DNA of 64,000 nt from Chroococcales cyanobacterium (GTDB lineage Bacteria > Cyanobacteriota > Cyanobacteriia > Cyanobacteriales > Nostocaceae). The first letter of the stretch is position 1, and each line of letters begins with the position of its first letter. Location of the stretch: assembly GCA_038259325.1 (NCBI GenBank), contig JBBSOX010000018.1, forward strand, positions 5,901 through 69,900, in the 5' to 3' direction. Positions 27,742 through 38,487 of the stretch are shown here, in pieces. The notes under the pieces were generated by a model. That model searched no databases. It saw nothing but the letters and a program-made list of their open reading frames with translations, and had not been told where the DNA came from. Both the position numbers and the translations under genes were made by a program.

Positions 27742-30012
27742 ATGGAAAATGACGCGGCAACGCTCTACTGTCCAAATGAAGATTGTCAGGCTGCCAACCC
27801 CCTGACCCACAAGTTTTGCCAGCGATGTTCCACGCCCCTACCCAAAAATTACCTCTGGGCTGTGGTAGATGGCCCGAGTCTGGGTAATCCTGGAGAAATA
27901 TTAGCCGATCGCTATTTAGTCCTTGATACATTTGTTCTTTTAGATACGAAGCCTGGTTTATTAGCCCTAACGCCTGAGTTAGATCACTTACAGCCTCTAA
28001 AAGCTTACTTAAGACTCATTCCCTACCGTTTACATGTACCGCAGGTATATGGAGTGCTTTTTCTCCCTGACGGCCCCTCCCATCGAGAAATATTACTTTT
28101 AGAAAAACCTCCATTAGTAGTAGATGACAAAATCCAACAAGTGCATTTGGGCAGTGAGTTAACCACCGCTTGGCGTGATGCGACATCGATGCGCCAACTC
28201 AATTGGTTATGGCAAATAGCTCATCTGTGGCAACCTCTTGCGAGTGAAGGTGTCGTCTCTAGCTTGCTTGACTCAGATGTATTACGGGTAGAAGGATCAT
28301 TAGTCCGTTTGTTAGAATTGCGTTTCGATGCAGCAACATCACCAGAATTGCCCCAATTAGGTCAATTTTGGCAGCAGTTGGTTAGTGGTGCCAAACCAGC
28401 CATAGGTGAGTTTGTTGATCAGGTTAGTCTTTCTTTAATTCAGGGAAAGATTGATTCAACCGATCAATTAATTGGAGTTTTAGATCAGGGACTGGCTGGG
28501 TTAGGGCGATCACAAACACCCACAATCAAAATTATCACCAAAACCGATACTGGGCCAAGCCGTCAACGGAACGAAGATGCCTGTAGCCCACCCAGTGGAA
28601 CTCTGGTCAGCAAACCACCCCAGCCAACAGCCTTAGCAATTGTCTGTGATGGCATCGGTGGGCACGAGGGTGGCAATGTTGCCTCAAATTTAGCCATTGA
28701 AACGATCCAGCAGCAGGTACAGCAACTAACAAAAGTTCCCTACGACCACATAGACCCCTCACTGCTACTTAATGACCTAGACAAGGCAGTAGCAATGGCC
28801 AATGACAAAATTAGTCAGCGCAATGACGGGGAACATCGTCAAGGGCGGCAGCGGATGGGCACGACTTTAGTAATGGCATTGCCTGTTGCTCATGAAATGT
28901 ACATTACCCACGTTGGTGATAGTCGTGCTTACTGGATTACCCGTCACGGCTGTTATCAAGTTACCCTCGATGATGATGTTGCTTCCCGCGAGGTGCGGCT
29001 AGGCTATGCCATTTACCGCGAAGCTGTACAACAAAGTGCTGCTGGCTCTCTCGTCCAAGCTTTAGGTATGGGGTCAAGCAGTTCATTGCATCCCACATCT
29101 GCACGGTTTATGCTCGACGAAGATGCTGTTTTTCTGCTCACATCCGATGGTTTGAGTGATTTTGATCGGGTGGAAGAATACTGGGAAACAGAAATCTTGC
29201 CGATTCTAGTTGGAGAGGCAAATATAGCAAATGTTGCGGATAGATTAATCGAAATTGCTAATACTAAAAATGGACACGATAATGTCACCATCGCTTTAGT
29301 TCACTATCAAGTCCAATACTGGGAACCAGAAATCACCATCAAAGCCATCATTCCAGAGAGTTATTCTACTAAATCAACAGTTTTGCCATCCAGAGGCACA
29401 GATCCGACACTTTTAGGTGGCCCAAACCATAAAACTCAGGTGATTCCAGACACTGAGTCTGCTAAAGCGCACAGTTTACCCCTACAGTGGATAGTTCCGT
29501 TAATATTTGTGGTAGCAGCAGGTGGTCTAGGATTGTTAGTGAAGCAACTGCGATCGCCATCAGGAGCCTTGCCAATTTTTTCCAATCCATTACAAACTCA
29601 AAATCCTACCATCGAAGCGACATCCGCAGCGCGATCGCTTGCTAACCTTTCTCGTGGCTGGATCATTCAAACTCAGCGTCAAATTCCCTTAAACAACAAT
29701 CAATCGCTTCCCCCTAACAGTTTTTTACAAGTTATCGAAACCAAACCAGATCCTAAACCTGCTTCTGGAGACTTTGAGGTACATTTGCAGCGCTGTTTGA
29801 CGAAACCAGCCACCCCAACACCAGCAAATCCCCAAAACCCTCAAGATACTACTAAGCCTTTGCAGCAAGCAAATAATAAACTGTGGATTAAGTTCTCCCA
29901 ACTTAAAAGCTTTGGGGTCTTGGTGTTGCAACCTAACCAATCGCTCTCATGTAATACTTTGCCGCAACCGCCAGCAATTCAATCACCTGCACCTGACAAC
30001 AGTCCAACTTAA
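27742..30012 (+). CDS. prpJ: PP2C (PPM) Ser/Thr phosphatase, PrpJ-like, with Zn-ribbon, kinase-like N-terminal region and TM helix
   Basis: CPNEDC...CQRC; PP2C motifs RQRNEDA, VCDGIGGHEGG, MGTT, HVGDSRAY, TSDGLSD, GHDNVT; TM segment WIVPLIFVVAAGGLGLLV. Length and layout fit Anabaena PrpJ as remembered, so the symbol is tentative. Confidence 0.75.
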   Translation: MENDAATLYCPNEDCQAANPLTHKFCQRCSTPLPKNYLWAVVDGPSLGNPGEILADRYLVLDTFVLLDTKPGLLALTPELDHLQPLKAYLRLIPYRLHVPQVYGVLFLPDGPSHREILLLEKPPLVVDDKIQQVHLGSELTTAWRDATSMRQLNWLWQIAHLWQPLASEGVVSSLLDSDVLRVEGSLVRLLELRFDAATSPELPQLGQFWQQLVSGAKPAIGEFVDQVSLSLIQGKIDSTDQLIGVLDQGLAGLGRSQTPTIKIITKTDTGPSRQRNEDACSPPSGTLVSKPPQPTALAIVCDGIGGHEGGNVASNLAIETIQQQVQQLTKVPYDHIDPSLLLNDLDKAVAMANDKISQRNDGEHRQGRQRMGTTLVMALPVAHEMYITHVGDSRAYWITRHGCYQVTLDDDVASREVRLGYAIYREAVQQSAAGSLVQALGMGSSSSLHPTSARFMLDEDAVFLLTSDGLSDFDRVEEYWETEILPILVGEANIANVADRLIEIANTKNGHDNVTIALVHYQVQYWEPEITIKAIIPESYSTKSTVLPSRGTDPTLLGGPNHKTQVIPDTESAKAHSLPLQWIVPLIFVVAAGGLGLLVKQLRSPSGALPIFSNPLQTQNPTIEATSAARSLANLSRGWIIQTQRQIPLNNNQSLPPNSFLQVIETKPDPKPASGDFEVHLQRCLTKPATPTPANPQNPQDTTKPLQQANNKLWIKFSQLKSFGVLVLQPNQSLSCNTLPQPPAIQSPAPDNSPT

Positions 30013-30158
30013 TAAATAATCGATAAACTGGTAGAAACCTGGAATAATAACAGGTAACAATCAGAGTAAAAAACTTACAAGGTAAAAAAGTAGAAAGTTT
30101 TCACCTTGGAGAATTATTATTTGAAATTATTTGTTTTAATTTTTATTTTAATGAATCC

Positions 30159-31739
30159 ATGCCATCCCTGAATTTGGCGATCGCCCGTCTCCTAAACACT
30201 GGCACTGACAACTTCGCCATTTGGGTGGTCAAAGCTCCCTATCCCAGTGGCTACGTTTTACGTGACTGTGTATGGCCTGATGAACTCAATCAAGTCTGGC
30301 AAGAATGGCAGCAAATGTTTGCTGGTCATAGTCACTTAGATATTTCCCCAAACTCAACATCTCAAAAGACTAACCCATTTCCCATAGATTGGATTTCACC
30401 CGCTTCAGGTCAAACCACTGGCCCCTACAGCAGTCGTCTGATGCAAAACTTGGGAATGAATCTATGGCGCTGGGTATTCGACGGGCAAATTCTTGGTAGT
30501 CTAGAACGCAGTCGCGGTATTGCTATGGGTCAGCATACACGTTTGCGCTTTCGACTAGAAATCCGCGACCCGGATCTGATCGCTCTCCCTTGGGAAATTA
30601 TGCAGCGTGAGCCTGGTCAATCAGCTATGTCTCTCTCCCAAGATTTGCTATTTAGTCGCACCAGCAGCGAAGTTGACCCCTTACCGTATTTGCGAGCTGA
30701 CCAAGCTTTAAGTATCCTGCTAGTTTTAGGTCATGATGAAAAGCTGCAACTAGAACAAGAAGCTGCTATTTTACAGCAAACTCTTGTAGATACGTCGGTC
30801 GGTGGTAATTCCCAAAGATATGCACCTTGTATAGTAAATCAACTTCTACAACCGACTCCACAGGAGTTGATTCAAGAATTAGAAACTAAAGCATACAACG
30901 TTTTCTTTTATGCTGGACATGGTTTGCCAGGCCCAGACGGGGGGTTACTATTTTTGCGACCAGACATGCCCCTTAATGGCATAGAATTGGCGCAAGTATT
31001 GACCCGTACAGGTGTGAAACTAGCACTTTTCAACGCCTGTTGGGGGGCCCAACCCGCTGCTATCAATCATCAAGCTATACCAGCCAGCAGTTTAGCAGAA
31101 GTGTTGATTCGTCATGGTGTGCCTGCGGTTTTGGGGATGCGCGATGAAATCGCTGACCATGAAAGCCACAGCTTTATTCAAGCTTTTACCGAAGCTTTGC
31201 GATCGCACAAACCAATTGATGAAGCCGTAACCCAGGCTAGGCAAGAATTGTTAACTTTATATAAATTTAATCAACCTGCTTGGACTTTGCCTGTTCTCTA
31301 CCTGCATCCAGATTTTAATGGCGAACTCATTAAGAATCTAGATGAAGGTATTACCGAACTGCCAGACACAGCCATTCCTGATCTAGGTTCATCGCTTCCG
31401 ACTGCAAGTTTACGATCGCTCGCTCCAAAAGGTAAAACCTGGTTACTGCGTTATGGAGTCACCCGCATCGGCCGCACCAAAGACAATGATATTGTCATCC
31501 CTGAACCATCTGTATCCAAACGCCACGCCGAAATCTTTTGCCGCAATACTCTTACTGATGCTACATTAGTGCGAAGTTATTACTTGCAAGATTTTTCCAC
31601 CTACGGGACAACCTGGTTTTTAGGCCCTAATGGTTGGCAACAAATCCTCCGAGAGGAAGTCCCATTGAAATCGGGAATGCAGTTAAAGTTTGGAAGTGCT
31701 AGAGGTGAAACCTGGGAGTTCCTTATTGAAGACTCCTAG
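30159..31739 (+). CDS. CHAT (caspase-like, HetF-related) protease domain + C-terminal FHA domain
   Basis: LPWE, FYAGHG (His), FNACW (Cys), GVPAVLGM, W..PVLY; FHA motifs IGR..DNDIVI...VSKRHA and STYGT. Confidence 0.88.
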   Translation: MPSLNLAIARLLNTGTDNFAIWVVKAPYPSGYVLRDCVWPDELNQVWQEWQQMFAGHSHLDISPNSTSQKTNPFPIDWISPASGQTTGPYSSRLMQNLGMNLWRWVFDGQILGSLERSRGIAMGQHTRLRFRLEIRDPDLIALPWEIMQREPGQSAMSLSQDLLFSRTSSEVDPLPYLRADQALSILLVLGHDEKLQLEQEAAILQQTLVDTSVGGNSQRYAPCIVNQLLQPTPQELIQELETKAYNVFFYAGHGLPGPDGGLLFLRPDMPLNGIELAQVLTRTGVKLALFNACWGAQPAAINHQAIPASSLAEVLIRHGVPAVLGMRDEIADHESHSFIQAFTEALRSHKPIDEAVTQARQELLTLYKFNQPAWTLPVLYLHPDFNGELIKNLDEGITELPDTAIPDLGSSLPTASLRSLAPKGKTWLLRYGVTRIGRTKDNDIVIPEPSVSKRHAEIFCRNTLTDATLVRSYYLQDFSTYGTTWFLGPNGWQQILREEVPLKSGMQLKFGSARGETWEFLIEDS

Positions 31740-31885
31740 CAAAGCTATTGCAAAAATAATTTGAGTCTTTACCATCAGCTTTTAAAATTTGTTTTTACTA
31801 TAGAAAAATTAAACTGTTTTTGCGGAAATCTCTTCTTAGGAATTGTAGCTGTCAATACCACTAAATAATTGTGAGGCAATAAAAA

Positions 31886-32533
31886 ATGGCTAATAAGATT
31901 AACGGCTCAGAGACTTTCTCTTCTTTGCCATCTCAAGTAGATTTAGAATTATTAGAAGCGTTACTGGAACCAGACGATGCTACCTATCCCTGGAATCCAG
32001 CTGATGAAGAATCAGAAGCTTATTTTGACGAATTAGAACAACAGTTCGGAATGCAAGATTTGCTTGAGGAAGAACTGACAACGCGATCGCAAGATTTTTA
32101 TAGCCATTTAGATACACTTTGGGCTGGAATCTCCCTGGCGTCAAACTATAATCACAATCCCCAGCAAACACTAGTGCTTAATCTTCAAGAAAGATTATAT
32201 GCTAGTTTTGCTGCCTGTGTTCCCCAAGCATTGCTCAACAAAATCGCCATTAAAGCTGCTGAAATCCTTGCTGCCCAACAATCAATCAGTGAACAACTAG
32301 TTGAGTGTGTTCAGACAGTACTTCCAAATTGGGGGACAGAGGATCTTTTAGTTTTGGCTCGTCCTTTTGCTTACGCTATGCGAAGTAGCGAATCGCAAAA
32401 CGCGGCGTCTGCGCTCAGTAGTCTGCAAAATAAAGAGTGGACAGCTTTATCAGAGGTAGAGAAAGCAAAGGTGAGTTTAGCGATCGCTTCCTATGCTTTC
32501 AATGAAATCAACAAGTCTCAGTCTGAAGCATAA
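31886..32533 (+). CDS. Conserved hypothetical protein (acidic N-terminus, YPWNP motif)
   Basis: 215-aa ORF co-directional with the PP2C and CHAT-FHA genes. Confidence 0.75.
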   Translation: MANKINGSETFSSLPSQVDLELLEALLEPDDATYPWNPADEESEAYFDELEQQFGMQDLLEEELTTRSQDFYSHLDTLWAGISLASNYNHNPQQTLVLNLQERLYASFAACVPQALLNKIAIKAAEILAAQQSISEQLVECVQTVLPNWGTEDLLVLARPFAYAMRSSESQNAASALSSLQNKEWTALSEVEKAKVSLAIASYAFNEINKSQSEA

Positions 32534-32761
32534 CTTCAGTCAAGTCTTTCTCTTTACATAAATTTCAGGGTCAAGCAGATTTATCTGCTGATAAATATTG
32601 TGCTGCGGTTTTGAGCATCCACTAATTTTCGATTTTTTTGGGTACTAGCCCTTAAATAACATTTAAACTGATTGTCAGATTAGGCCATCTATCCAAAGAT
32701 ATAAATAAGCAAAAGTCAAGAGTTATTTACCTCGTCTTCCCCTGCTTCCAGTTTCCATCTC

Positions 32762-34144
32762 TTATTTTGGGCCAAGAAATCGGGTAGCAAAATTTTGCGA
32801 TCGCGTTGGTGATAGCGCCCGTGCCTTGAGAATTGCCGCCATCAAAAAGGCGTAAGATAACACCCCAACAACTACCAACAGCAAGGCATTGATTGATCCT
32901 GTAGCATTCCACAAAGCATGGAGAGCAGAGGCACTAAGATAACCAATAGAAAGAATTTGCCAACTTCTACTGGGTTTGAGAACAGCCAACCCGATAAAAT
33001 AACCCAGGTAGCCACTATAAGCCATGTGCCCGGCTACAGAGCCTAAAATTCGCGGAATTAGCAGTTGCAAACCCGCCAGTTGACCAGCAGCGCCTATACC
33101 CACCTGTTGCGTGACATTTTGAGTGATATCTGGCACATATTGACCGAGGGTTTCCAAGAGAGTAAAGCCTACAGCAGAAGCTGTTCCCAAGAGAATACCA
33201 TCTAGAGGTTCCAAGACTCCAATACGTTCTCGCCAAGGCGAAGGTAATCCAGTGCCGATAAAATATGCGCCGATGATAGGTAATGCCTTGAGTAATTCCT
33301 CCATTAACCCAGCGCCAAAAAACATCCGTACCAGCAACTCTGTGAAGGTAATAGATTCTTGGGGTGAGGGCAAGTTTCCAGGAAGGACGGTGCGAAACAC
33401 GAAGATAAATAGATCCAACACCGGACTTATCAAAATCAGTGTCGTACTCAATGCCGCAGCCATTAGCACCCACCAAGGCTTCTGTTTGCCGCAAAGTTGG
33501 TAAACAAAATAGTAGGCAGCGGAGGCGATGTAAGTTGCAACGATCACTTGATTATCTTGGGGCCGACCGACTGTAGCAAACATCAGCACCACAAAGATTA
33601 CAGTCAGTATTCCCGGTACGAGATAAGCTTTACGAGTTAAATCTTTACCAGTGGAAATAATGGGAAAAAGCTGGGTGAAGCTAACATAATCTGGCTGCTT
33701 TAATTGTGTGTGGCCGTGGTAGTTCGTCGCCGAAGGCAGTGGTGTAACTTGGTTCACTGTCGTCGCCGGGGTGAGTAAGGTATACTCGTACTCAAAAATG
33801 TATTGCGGCCCATCAGCACCTAGAGAAATGCGATCGCCTGGGTGCAATTCTTGACATTCATACAAACGTTGTCCATTCAAATAAGTGCCATTAGCACTAT
33901 TCAAATCACAAAGCACCCAGCTGAATTTGCTATCTGGGGATAGAGAGAGGGGACGAACCACTGCATGACGACGAGATACCATTCGGTACATCATGGCATC
34001 CAAGACAACTTGGCAGCTCGGGTCGCGGCCAATTACCATCTCTTTACTGGGGGGCAGCGAGTAGCGAGATCCTGATCCAGAAGCTGCCCCATTACCAGAC
34101 ACTAGCCGCAGAAATGCATTATGTCTTGCGTGTTTGCCTGTCAT
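32762..34144 (-). CDS. FHA domain + PrsW-family glutamic intramembrane protease
   Basis: FHA motifs IGRDP...VSRRHA and SANGTYLNG; PrsW motifs EELLK, GFTLLET, HMAYSG, HALWN; multiple TM helices. Confidence 0.9.
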   Translation of the reverse strand: MTGKHARHNAFLRLVSGNGAASGSGSRYSLPPSKEMVIGRDPSCQVVLDAMMYRMVSRRHAVVRPLSLSPDSKFSWVLCDLNSANGTYLNGQRLYECQELHPGDRISLGADGPQYIFEYEYTLLTPATTVNQVTPLPSATNYHGHTQLKQPDYVSFTQLFPIISTGKDLTRKAYLVPGILTVIFVVLMFATVGRPQDNQVIVATYIASAAYYFVYQLCGKQKPWWVLMAAALSTTLILISPVLDLFIFVFRTVLPGNLPSPQESITFTELLVRMFFGAGLMEELLKALPIIGAYFIGTGLPSPWRERIGVLEPLDGILLGTASAVGFTLLETLGQYVPDITQNVTQQVGIGAAGQLAGLQLLIPRILGSVAGHMAYSGYLGYFIGLAVLKPSRSWQILSIGYLSASALHALWNATGSINALLLVVVGVLSYAFLMAAILKARALSPTRSQNFATRFLGPK

Positions 34145-34592
34145 CGATAAGAAGTGCGTTTCTAAACTAATTCTTCACATAATTTGGCAGCAGGACTAAC
34201 CTTAGCCACATTAACAGCAGCATTGCTAAATCCACTATAGCTTCACTTACTGCTAAGAAATTTAAAATTCTAAATGCAAAATTTTAAATTCTTTCGCCTA
34301 ATGTGAATAAGTATTCCATTTACTGAGAATTTATCCTAAACCTGCCTTGTTAGCCGGATCAATCAGATTGTATCGGTCGTGTACTCTTGAAATCCTAGCT
34401 ACAACTTAAACTATTAAATTTCTCAAAAATAGTAGTTTTTACTGCATTTAGTTCTATTCCAAAAATATATAATTTTCAGCGCAATGGGCTACGCCCCGCT
34501 ACGCTAACGCAATTACGTTTTGTAACGGGGATTTAACCCCGACACAAAACCTGCTGCCTGTCTTGCTGGGGAATTAAACTGAACATACTTTG

Positions 34593-35045
34593 TTAAAGCA
34601 GATCAAATTCTGCGATCGCTCTTTTGAAGTTTTTGTTTTCATGTCCTGGGCGGCTGAGTTTAATCAAGGCAAAACGCTGTAAGGGCGTTAAACCTACCCA
34701 ATGTTGTTGTGTTAGGGTTACACCTATTTCTTGAGCTTTTTCCTGGAGGCTAGGTGGTACAGTGGCAGAGTCAAGCCATGCGGGATGTGGCTCGATGGGC
34801 AATTTTGTAGCTGGTATACCCGTGCGTTGTAGAATTAATTGCTGGATATGCTCGCCGTAAGACTGAATTTCCGTTTCTGTAGTGCAAGGTAATTCGACTA
34901 AAGCTTGACGCTCGGCTGTAGTCATTTGATTCCAATCAGACAATTTTAGCTTAATACCACAGGTATCTAATTTGCAACGCACCTGCATGGGGATACAGCG
35001 CAGGGAATCAACAAAGTCTGCTTCAAATTGAAAGAAATCTGTCAC
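34593..35045 (-). CDS. narM: Nitrate reductase associated protein NarM
   Basis: FFQFEADFVDSLRCIPMQVRCKLD and QRFALIKLSRPGHEN; lies in the nitrate cluster. Confidence 0.9.
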   Translation of the reverse strand: MTDFFQFEADFVDSLRCIPMQVRCKLDTCGIKLKLSDWNQMTTAERQALVELPCTTETEIQSYGEHIQQLILQRTGIPATKLPIEPHPAWLDSATVPPSLQEKAQEIGVTLTQQHWVGLTPLQRFALIKLSRPGHENKNFKRAIAEFDLL

Positions 35046-35257
35046 GTTGTTTCACTCCAAATTCATAGTTAAAAATTTAAAATTAACAATCACCATAAAT
35101 AAAGTTAGGGGTTTATATCCTTTTGTTTTTCGATCACAAGAAAGTATTTAAAATTAGCTTATTATGCTGTTGCTCAACAAATTTAAAACTACTGTATGAG
35201 TATTAGGAGTAGGGAGTAAAAAAGTATTTTTTAAATCCACAAAAGTTTTTTTGATTT

Positions 35258-35725
35258 TTATCTTGCGTCTCTAGCATTACTAAGACGAATTATTAAATAA
35301 CTAATTGATAAGGCGAGAATAGCAATTCCTAAACCAATTATATCAATACCTCTAACTTTCTCTAAGTCAAGAATAATAATTTTTCTGGCAACAGCAATCA
35401 AAGATGTAACAATAACTAATTCAACCTGAAAAACGTGTTTTCGCAAATAGGCTGTAATGTTTTCTAATATTTCTAAAGCGATTAAAATATTTAAAAATAG
35501 ACCAAAAATTTTATACAATGTTGTGTTAAACTTACCATAAGGTACTGTAAATAACTCTTTAAAAATAAATACTCCCAAATCCCCGATCGCTACCAAAATC
35601 ACAACTACCATGAACAGAGATAAAGCTTTAGAAACTAGCACTTCTATGTTTTCAATAAAGTGCATGAAGTTCTCATCTTTGGTAGCTCCTAAAATTCGCC
35701 TAAGTAACCTTTTCATGTGATGCAC
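35258..35725 (-). CDS. PsiE-family membrane protein
   Basis: FLNILIALEILENI, LIAVARKIIILD; four TM helices. Confidence 0.8.
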   Translation of the reverse strand: MHHMKRLLRRILGATKDENFMHFIENIEVLVSKALSLFMVVVILVAIGDLGVFIFKELFTVPYGKFNTTLYKIFGLFLNILIALEILENITAYLRKHVFQVELVIVTSLIAVARKIIILDLEKVRGIDIIGLGIAILALSISYLIIRLSNARDAR

Positions 35726-35992
35726 CCGATTTTAAAATAAAAGAAAATCCCATAGATAAATCTAAAGGATTAAAAAAAGATGATTTGTAATACTATCTGA
35801 TTTTTATTCTTTACCATAGCTTAACTAGGCGCTAGTAAAACCTCTGCTTACTAGAAATTTACCCTCTTTAGATATAGTAATTGGTATGAGTCAAGAGTAG
35901 AGAACCATAAAAAATGATAATAACTATTGGCTATTGCTTATTGACGAAATTACCTATTGGTGAATAATTACCATAGAGCCACACTTTGTAGC

Positions 35993-38227
35993 TTACCATT
36001 GTGAGGACTGGAGTTGATAATCTTTGACTATAACTTCTACAGAGATTGGTATCAGCTGCACAGCACAGGCTTTTAATTCTGGTTGCAGTGAATCGGGGCA
36101 GGATTCTGGATGAGTGAGGGCGTTGGCTTCGGCATTATCTGCCCACAGTGAACCCCAGTGCATGGGGACAAAAACTGTACCAGGTGCGATCGCTTTTGTC
36201 ACTTTAGCAGGAAACTTAGCTTTACCCCGACGCGATCGCACTTCTACATACATAGTATCTACAATACCTAACCGAGCAGCATCACGGGGATGAATTTCGA
36301 TAAACGGTTCGGGATGCATTTTGCAAATTTTTTCAATCCGCCCGGTGCGTGTCTGCGTATGCCAGTGTCCGTAAAGTCGCCCGTTAGTTAGCACAAAAGG
36401 ATAATCTGGGTCTGGTGGTTCTGCTAATCCCTTTGAGTAATATGCCCCAAATCGAGCGCGTCCATCAGGGGTGTGGAAGCGGAGATTGGTGTAAAGTCTT
36501 TTGGAGTGAGTAGGGAGTAGTGAGTGGGGAGTAGGGGATTCACCACTCCCCACTCCCCATTCCCCACTCCCCTCTTTAGGATGAGGCCATTGAGTCGGGC
36601 CTTCTGCTTGTAATTGCGCGTGACTGATACCCGTCATATCGCAGGGGCGAGTTTTAGTTAGTTGGACAAACTCAGCATAAACTTCGGCAGAGTTAGCAAA
36701 GGCAAACTCTTTCTCAAAACCTAATCTCCGTCCAACTTCGGCAAAAATCTCCCAATCTGCTTTAGCTTCTCTTGGTGGTTGGCGGAATGCTGAACAAAGA
36801 GTTACTACCCTTTCAGAGTTTGTCATTACACCAGTTTTTTCACCCCACTGGGCTGCTGGTAGCAGAACATGAGCGTAAGCAGAGGTTTCTGTAGGATAAT
36901 ATGCGTCTTGGTAAATAGTAAAAGGCGATCGCAATAATGCCTTTTTCGTGCGCTCCAAATCTGGCATACTCACAGCTGGATTAGTAGCTGCAATCCACAG
37001 TAACCCTACAGCGCCATTTTCCAAGCCAGTAATCATGTCCCAAGCAGTCAAACCGGGATTGGGCGAAATCTGCCCCGGCTTGAGTCCCCAAAAATCCTCA
37101 ACTTCTGCGCGGTGCTGAGGATTTTTTACCACCCGATAACCCGGTAATAAATGCGCCAAACCTCCGGCTTCCCGTCCTCCCATCGCGTTTGGTTGACCTG
37201 TAAGCGAGAAAGGGCCAGCGCCAGGTTTGCCAATTTGTGCAGTCATCAGGTGCAAGTTAATGATAGTTCTTACCTTAGCCGTCCCTTCTGAGGATTGATT
37301 CACACCCATTGACCACAAAGACAGTACGCGCTGTGATTCACCCCAATAGCGAGCTGCTGTTTCTAAATCTTCAATGCTGATTCCACATCGATGAGCTACT
37401 ATTTCTGGGGGATAGTGGCGAATCACCTCAGCATAAGCGGGAAAGTTGCTGGTGCAGTCTTCCATGAAGATGGTATCGATGTAGTTCCAGCGCATCAACA
37501 AATGTGCGATGCCATTTAACAAATCGATATCTGTACCGGGACGAATCGCTAAATGCAAGTCAGCAGCTTCTGCGGTTGGCGTGCGACGGGGATCAACCAC
37601 AATCATTTTGACTTTGCGGTTCTTTTTGTGATATTTTGCCAGCCGATTGAAAACGATGGGGTGACATTCGGCTGTATTAGTACCAATTAAAAATGCACAG
37701 TCAGTTAACTCCAAGTCTTCGTAACAGCAGGGCGGGCCATCTGCGCCAAAGCTTTGAATGTAGCCAGACACAGCACTAGACATACATAAGCGAGAGTTGG
37801 CATCAAAATTATTAGTACCCAGACAGCCTTTCAACAGTTTCTGGGCTATGTAATAATCCTCAGTTTGAAACTGGCCAGAACCATACATACATAAGGCTTC
37901 TGGGCCTTGGGTAAAACGTACTGTTTGAATGCGCTGCGTGATTATATTAAAGGCTTCATCCCAACTAACCTGGCGAAACTCTTGATCTAAGGAGTCTCGC
38001 ACCATTGGGTAATGTAATCTATTTTTATCTAAAGATTCTGCGATCGTTGCGCCTTTAACGCAAACCATACCCTGACTGGATGGATGAGATTTATCACCCC
38101 GCACCCGCCAAATTGGATTACCTTGGCTATCTCGATTAGTTGCTTTGTTATGTTGGGCTGGGGGCGAAACTTCCAGTCCACAGCCCACACCACAGTAAGG
38201 ACAAAGAGTTTTCGTAAATTCAGTCAT
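35993..38227 (-). CDS. narB: Ferredoxin-nitrate reductase NarB
   Basis: CPYCGVGCG...CVKG 4Fe-4S motif, [31 protein letters not shown]. Likely start MTEFTK at 38227. Confidence 0.96.
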   Translation of the reverse strand: MTEFTKTLCPYCGVGCGLEVSPPAQHNKATNRDSQGNPIWRVRGDKSHPSSQGMVCVKGATIAESLDKNRLHYPMVRDSLDQEFRQVSWDEAFNIITQRIQTVRFTQGPEALCMYGSGQFQTEDYYIAQKLLKGCLGTNNFDANSRLCMSSAVSGYIQSFGADGPPCCYEDLELTDCAFLIGTNTAECHPIVFNRLAKYHKKNRKVKMIVVDPRRTPTAEAADLHLAIRPGTDIDLLNGIAHLLMRWNYIDTIFMEDCTSNFPAYAEVIRHYPPEIVAHRCGISIEDLETAARYWGESQRVLSLWSMGVNQSSEGTAKVRTIINLHLMTAQIGKPGAGPFSLTGQPNAMGGREAGGLAHLLPGYRVVKNPQHRAEVEDFWGLKPGQISPNPGLTAWDMITGLENGAVGLLWIAATNPAVSMPDLERTKKALLRSPFTIYQDAYYPTETSAYAHVLLPAAQWGEKTGVMTNSERVVTLCSAFRQPPREAKADWEIFAEVGRRLGFEKEFAFANSAEVYAEFVQLTKTRPCDMTGISHAQLQAEGPTQWPHPKEGSGEWGVGSGESPTPHSLLPTHSKRLYTNLRFHTPDGRARFGAYYSKGLAEPPDPDYPFVLTNGRLYGHWHTQTRTGRIEKICKMHPEPFIEIHPRDAARLGIVDTMYVEVRSRRGKAKFPAKVTKAIAPGTVFVPMHWGSLWADNAEANALTHPESCPDSLQPELKACAVQLIPISVEVIVKDYQLQSSQW

Positions 38228-38243
38228 GGTAGTTTGCTTTGAG

Positions 38244-38452
38244 TGTGGGAGATGGGGAGAAGAGGACAAGGGGCAGGGGAGGAGAGGACAAGGGGCAGGG
38301 GGCAGGGGAGAAGAGGGCAGGGAGGGGGTAGGGGAGAAGAGTTTTCACCTCTGCCTCTTCGTTGCTTTGTTTAGGGAACTCCAAGAAATAAATTATCCAA
38401 TTTTTGGACTTCACTACGACTTTCCCTCCCCCTGCTCCCTGCCCCCTGCCTC
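38244..38452. repeat. Purine-rich STRR-like arrays with a complementary pyrimidine block between nrtP and narB
   Basis: GGGGCAG / GGGGAGA repeats and a downstream CTCCCCCTGCTCCCTGCCCC block. Confidence 0.7.
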
Positions 38453-38487
38453 TATAGCGATGGTATATTTTTTTATTTGGAAGTCCC

